A stretch of DNA of 64,000 nt from Diadema antillarum (lineage: Eukaryota), in contig NW_027271355.1 in the NCBI RefSeq assembly GCF_040938485.1, positions 558,001 through 622,000 of the forward strand. Direction: 5' to 3'. Below are positions 59,088 through 64,000 of this stretch, piece after piece (the stretch's first letter is position 1; each line of letters starts with the position of its first letter). The notes below the pieces were generated by a model. That model searched no databases. It worked only from the letters and a program-made list of their open reading frames with translations, and was not told the origin of the DNA. A program made the position numbers and the translations under genes.

Positions 59088-59546
59088 TTTATAATTACCT
59101 CCACCAAAGAGGTTATGTTTTTGGTCTTGTTTGTCTGTCTGCATGCAAAATAACTCAAAAGGTTGTGAACAGTTTGGATGAAACTTACACGAAAGGTTGA
59201 TAATGACACAAGGAACAGATTATTAAATTTTGGTAGTGATCTGGGAATTCTAATGAATTTTTGAAGGATTTTAAAAAAATCTTTGGACAGATAGGGTCAA
59301 TGAACTTGGGAGTTCAAGCTGCATGTATTTGAGGTGTGCAACCGTGCACTAAAGTGCGTGCTCTGCTCAGGTGAGGCACCGCGCAGCTGGAAGGAGATGA
59401 TGTAAACAATAGGCTTCAAATTGGGAAATTGGGTGATTTTGAGCATGCATGTATGAGTGGAAATCACTGATCTCTATGGAAGAACAAGATCAGTGGTGGA
59501 AATGAGCTGCTTGGTGGAGGTCTGCACTCTCAGAGTGCTTTCCTAG
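59088..59546 (+). mobile_element. Non-autonomous Helentron-type (HINE/DINE-1-like) element
   Basis: 5' subTIR ACCTCCACCAA with a local hairpin; GTTT/GTCT microsatellite; 3' subTIR TTGGTGGAGGT (59511-59521); terminal hairpin GCACTCT-C-AGAGTGC; ends TTTCCTAG. Confidence 0.75.
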
Positions 59547-59564
59547 ACACATTTCATATCATAT

Positions 59565-59760
59565 TACTGTAAAAGTGGAAATTTTCATGCATTTCGCGCA
59601 ACCAGAAACTAGTGCGAAAATAAAAGCACGCAAATATTTTTGCTTGCCATATGTTCTAGTAGTTGATATCTTGATTCCGCGGAATTAAAAACATGGGAAA
59701 CTCTTCTTAACAGGCAGAGCGCGAAAAATTAGTTGCGCGAAAATATCCGCTTTTACAGTA
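59565..59760. mobile_element. TA-flanked (Tc1/mariner-type) MITE
   Basis: TACTGTAAAAGTGGA ... TCCGCTTTTACAGTA. Confidence 0.85.
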
Positions 59761-59779
59761 GCAGGAACTGCTCCTAGAT

Positions 59780-60005
59780 TACTGTATGTATACGCTGTTA
59801 TTTTCGTGTGCAGATAATTTTTGCGAATGAAGAGGTCATTGACATTTTCGTGAGGTGTTGTTTTTGTGCATTGATGCTGACGCGAACGTAAATGCACTAT
59901 AACCCCAGTGCATCACGGCATTTTCGTGTGTTGTTTCGCGATCCAACTGTGATTCGCAAAATTTGCGAAAATTAAACCATCACGAAAATAACAGCTTATA
60001 CAGTA
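59780..60005. mobile_element. Second TA-flanked MITE (related family)
   Basis: TACTGTAT..GCTGTTATTTTCGTG ... CACGAAAATAACAGCTTATACAGTA. Confidence 0.85.
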
Positions 60006-60361
60006 ATCAAATATCAAAAAGTCCACATTCCAAGACATATCAAGGTATAGTATCTATTGTTGTCTCTTCAAACAGAAGCATATCCCATTTCAGGTAGTTG
60101 TGAAGAGACATTTCAGTATCTTGAAGGCAAAGGATAAAACATGAGATGATACTTATCACCATCCATCTTGCTTGCACTGTTGCAGATTACAGAGTGCACA
60201 AAGTTTCATACTTGTAAATCTGGCCATCAATCAACATGAATATTGTTCTAATATGATTGAATTTTAAAATACACTTTTATCAATGTTGTTTTGGTACACC
60301 TTTCAAAACATTACCTCTACCTCTGTCCTGAGTATCTTGGGACTGGTCTTGGTTGGACAAC

Positions 60362-60525
60362 TACTATAAAGTGGAAATTTTCATGGTGTTGAAACTTTTG
60401 CGCATTTTGTGCAACCAGAAACTAATGTGAAAATAAAAGCACACAAATATTTTTGCTTGCCATTTGTTCAAGTAGTTGATGTCTTGATTCCACAGAATTA
60501 AAAACATGTGAAACTGTTCTTACCC
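60362..60525 (+). mobile_element. Truncated, diverged copy of the 59565 MITE
   Basis: Aligns with 59565-59710; right TIR missing. Confidence 0.8.
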
Positions 60526-61035
60526 GCATTTTAGATGCATTAATATGGGATAGCTCAGGGGACAAACTTGCTTCAGTTTTGGCTGCATATATGCACTCGC
60601 ATCACAATTCTTTCTTTATCCAGGGGTATTTTTTGTTGTAAGATTTCTTTGCTTTCCATCATGTGACCAGCACATTGAAACCTTGCAGTTGTGAACCATG
60701 ACTCTAGTGACCGCAAATCAGTAAAATTTAGAAACTTTCAACTCTTCTAAAGCTGAATTATAGCTACAAGGCGCAACAACGTAAAACCAGAAAACCAGAC
60801 ATAACTCCATTGAATCATATGGAACTGGGACGTGCGCGAGACAACCGGAGCGGAAGCGACAATGGCACCAAGGAATCCCACAGTTCATCTGTGACAGGGC
60901 TCTCCACCGTGCGCATTGGCGATACCAAGAATTAGAGTAGGCGGTTTATTAGTAGATTCTATAGATTTAAATACTCAATACTATGCTGGCCCTATGGATA
61001 GACTGGTCTACTCTCACACTATACAGTCACATCAT

Positions 61036-61222
61036 TTAGACCGATGCGATGGTATCTGTCTCTTCACAGCTCACGGTGGGCTTCTTATCTGACGTGGAGG
61101 GCTGACCATGCATGTCCCAACGTCAGATAAGAAGCACTCTGAAGGCTGACCATACATGTCCAAACGTCAGATGGAAGCTCACCGTGATTACGTGTATGAA
61201 GAGACAGATACCATCGGTCTAA
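61036..61222. mobile_element. Palindromic MITE with TA flanks and an internal tandem duplication
   Basis: TTAGACCGATG(CGATG)GTATCTGTCTCTTCA ... TGAAGAGACAGATACCATCGGTCTAA. Confidence 0.85.
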
Positions 61223-61605
61223 TATAGAGTCTAAGTTAAACAAGTAATAATATGTCTGTAAATTTATGACACAGAATTAGAAACTGCAAAATTTATCTAA
61301 TATCTTTTGTATTCTTGATTAAAATGCAACACTCTCATTTTCATTACTAGATTGTACCCTTAACCGCACTTCTGCCAGACGTGTTTACAATTGCCAAATC
61401 TACATTGTTATAAGACAAGAAAATTTTCCATTTCGCCAGATCTTGAGATTAAATTTACATAGACTAGCCTCATCGATGCGATGCGACTTGACTTGATTGA
61501 CTTGGGTACGCGGGTTGTCGACCGATTGGGCTAATAATGATCAATATCTTTGGTGATCAACAGCTTTTAATATAGGCAAAGCTACGTAGCTACGCTACTC
61601 CTTAC

Positions 61606-62152
61606 CAATCTTCATTTTAACAGAAACTGCACAATCTTGACACTCGACTTGATCTTTCTAAAACGGCAGTACAGCTCAGCTCCAAATGTGCCGACTCTCC
61701 TCTGCTCCGAGATTTGCATTCAATCGTACGTAAAAAGAATTCAGTGCGATTTATGCGTGTACATACGGAGTCCATTACATTGCGCTAGCTGCCACCACCA
61801 CCTCGCAGAGAACAGAGAAGGGTCGGAAGCTTATGTGAAGTTGAGGTTGGTTGAGGTACTACACCGTACATGTAAATCTGCCGTGGAGATTGACGAGAGA
61901 TGGTCCCCTCTCATTTGCACCCGCAAGAATGATCAAATACAACGTAAATGAGTTACAACTTACGTACGCTGCTGTGCTATACTATCTAGAAACCTTCGCA
62001 TGGTATAAGTTTGCTGAATCCCAGTCTCCATAAGTCATTTCATCCATCGTTCGAAAGTATGGGTACAAGCGAAAACATTTTCCCATCATTCGCTATGTTC
62101 CTCTGAATTTCGTCTGCTGTTCAGTTACGAAATCGTATCCAAGGCACTCAAG
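61606..62152. promoter_or_regulatory. Putative bidirectional NAA30/COA6 promoter with non-coding first exons
   Basis: Minus-strand donors (GTAAGG at 61605, GTAAGT at 61963) and a plus-strand donor AAG|GTAATA at 62153 bracket a CpG-richer interval. Transcription starts are not visible from sequence. Confidence 0.55.
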
Positions 62153-62658
62153 GTAATACAAATTAGGAGACTAGAGTGTACGCGGTCTGCAATTGATTGT
62201 GTTTCTTAGTTGAATATTACAGAAAATGTATTTTGTATTTAATTATCAAGTTCAGAAAGTCTAAGAAATGAACAACACGAAATAGGTAGACATAGGTTGT
62301 CTATGCATGTAGTCCAACACGTTGCGAAAGTTGTTGTGTCCAGTGCAGTGGTAGTGTAGTGTCTACAACTATATAACTGCGACCAGCCCGAGGCCGAATG
62401 CGAAGTATAACTGTGTTACGGAGCGCCCCGGGTTTTACAGCTGTCTGTAGAATTCTACTGAGTCATAGGGATGGGGACAGGGATAAAGCAAAACACCGAA
62501 CAAGTAGGGCTTAATTACTAGTACTAGATTCCTATGCAAGTCTTGCCCAACCCAAGTCTTCCCATTTGAGCAAGGCGCGCTGTCGGTTAAACTACAATGT
62601 ACTTCTCTTTTCGCTGCTTTATTACAGATTAAACCTAACTGAGACAGCAGCTAGCAGC

Positions 62659-63856
62659 ATGTCAAAACCGTCATTTCCAGATGCCAATTCCAGGAAGCGC
62701 TGCTGGGCAGCCAGGGATTCTTACTTTGAATGCCTCACAGCGAAGAATGATGATGAAAGCAAATGTCAGGAATTCAAAGAAGCATTTGAAGCCAACTGCT
62801 CTAAAGCCTGGGTGAGTGTACTGGCGAAAATAAACCATGTAGAGTCTACTAAAGCAGGGCTCGACATTGACCGAAAGATCGGTCTGTATCTGGTCGTCAG
62901 GGATATGTATATACTGTGTCTGGCGTCACAGATCCCCTCCTATACAATGTACAATGTCGATGGAGGAGAGCGATAACGTCAAAAAACAAAAATAAATAAA
63001 AGACTCCTCCGGACAGACAGATCTTTCTGTCTAGGCTCGACATTAAACTATTTTTCTCTGCGGGCCTGTTCAGGCCACAAAGTAAAATCTTTAAATCTGA
63101 AATTTGGTGGCCAAAATAAAAAAAAAGTAGTGGCTCAAAATAAACAGAAACTGAATGATCCATTTTCAGTCTTAGTTGCCTGATTACTCAGGCCACCAAA
63201 AGATAGGTGACCTGATACCAATTTTTAGTGGCCCCAGGCCACCAGGCTGCCCTTAATGTTGAGCTCTGCCTTAAGGATCAGATCTATTCTTCTTCTTTTT
63301 TCATAAGCCTATAGTATGATGTGTTCATTGCTAAAAACCCATAGGGTCTACACGTGTATAGTTGACACACACGGGACTGGAGAAAAATCTGTTGACTATG
63401 CAAATGTTGACTTAAGGGGAAGACATCAAATTAATAACATTTTTAAAAAGAAAAATCGAGGACTCTTTTATTTCACCGACTGGTGTGATTTGTTGTCGTA
63501 AGTGGTGCCAACTTATGCAAGATTTATTGTGTTGTAAATTATACATAGTATGTGCTCAAAATACTAAAGGAGGAAATGTACATTTTTTTTGGGGGGGGGG
63601 GGGGGGAGGAGGAGCATACATCAAAATCCAGGTGACCGTGTTTAAGATTGTCTAAAATTGTCTCTTGTATATATTTTAAGTACTGTTAGAGAATTTTTTA
63701 GTAATACACTGTATTTTTCATGCAAATCTGAATCTGATGTTACTTTCTTCTTTCTTGTGGCAGGCAAAATATTTTCTACGGAGACGTCGGTACCTAAAGT
63801 ATCAAGATGAACTAGCAGCAGGAGGCTTCATACCAACAGAAAATGAGGACTCCTAG
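62659..63856 (+). CDS. COA6: Cytochrome c oxidase assembly factor 6 (CX9C-CX10C), 81 aa
   Basis: join(62659-62811,63764-63856): MSKPSFPDANSRKRCWAARDSYFECLTAKNDDESKCQEFKEAFEANCSKAW|AKYFLRRRRYLKYQDELAAGGFIPTENEDS*. Shows CWxARDxYxxCL and CX9C/CX10C spacing; phase-0 GT-AG intron. Confidence 0.93.
62855..63268. mobile_element. Composite of two CAGGGCTCGACA-family MITEs in the COA6 intron
   Basis: Left ends at 62855 (CAGGGCTCGACATT) and 63032 (TAGGCTCGACATT); one right end AATGTTGAGCTCTG at 63268; GGCCACC motifs. Confidence 0.75.
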
Positions 63857-64000
63857 CACAAAGATATTGCTGAAATGAGTACAAGAAGTATCAGAAAATC
63901 ATGGAGATGGACATTATTTCATTTATTATCAGTGCCTGACTTTGCATTCAGAAAGTAGGTCTGCCATGTGGATGTAGTGTAGGAGTTTGTTAGATTTTAT

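Noticed and set aside
62566-62976. 136-aa ORF as the full COA6 product
   Set aside because: The ORF runs through intron sequence at both ends. The in-frame path through the candidate upstream exon hits TAA at 62031 with no ATG, so 62659 is taken as the start.

Overview
Animal genomic DNA: AT-rich, rich in introns, microsatellites and MITEs, with two N gaps (235-499, 3249-3389). The repeat landscape suggests a marine invertebrate, possibly an echinoderm; this is inference only. Three spliced protein-coding genes could be rebuilt exon by exon with consistent intron phases. (1) A GALNT7-like polypeptide GalNAc-transferase (+, 10 coding exons, 17642-33517, 677 aa). (2) NAA30, the NatC catalytic subunit (-, 4 coding exons, 58628-46909, 370 aa), convergent with GALNT7. 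(3) COA6 (+, 2 coding exons, 62659-63856, 81 aa), head-to-head with NAA30. The non-coding DNA holds many non-autonomous DNA transposons: nested CAGGG-ended elements, TTAA-flanked elements including a ~350-bp foldback, TA-flanked MITEs and a Helentron-type element. It also holds LINE/SINE remnants, several hairpins, and a Penelope-type minimal hammerhead ribozyme lying sense in GALNT7 intron 1. No rRNA, intact tRNA, CRISPR array or transposase ORF was seen. All coordinates were counted by hand and no database search was run.
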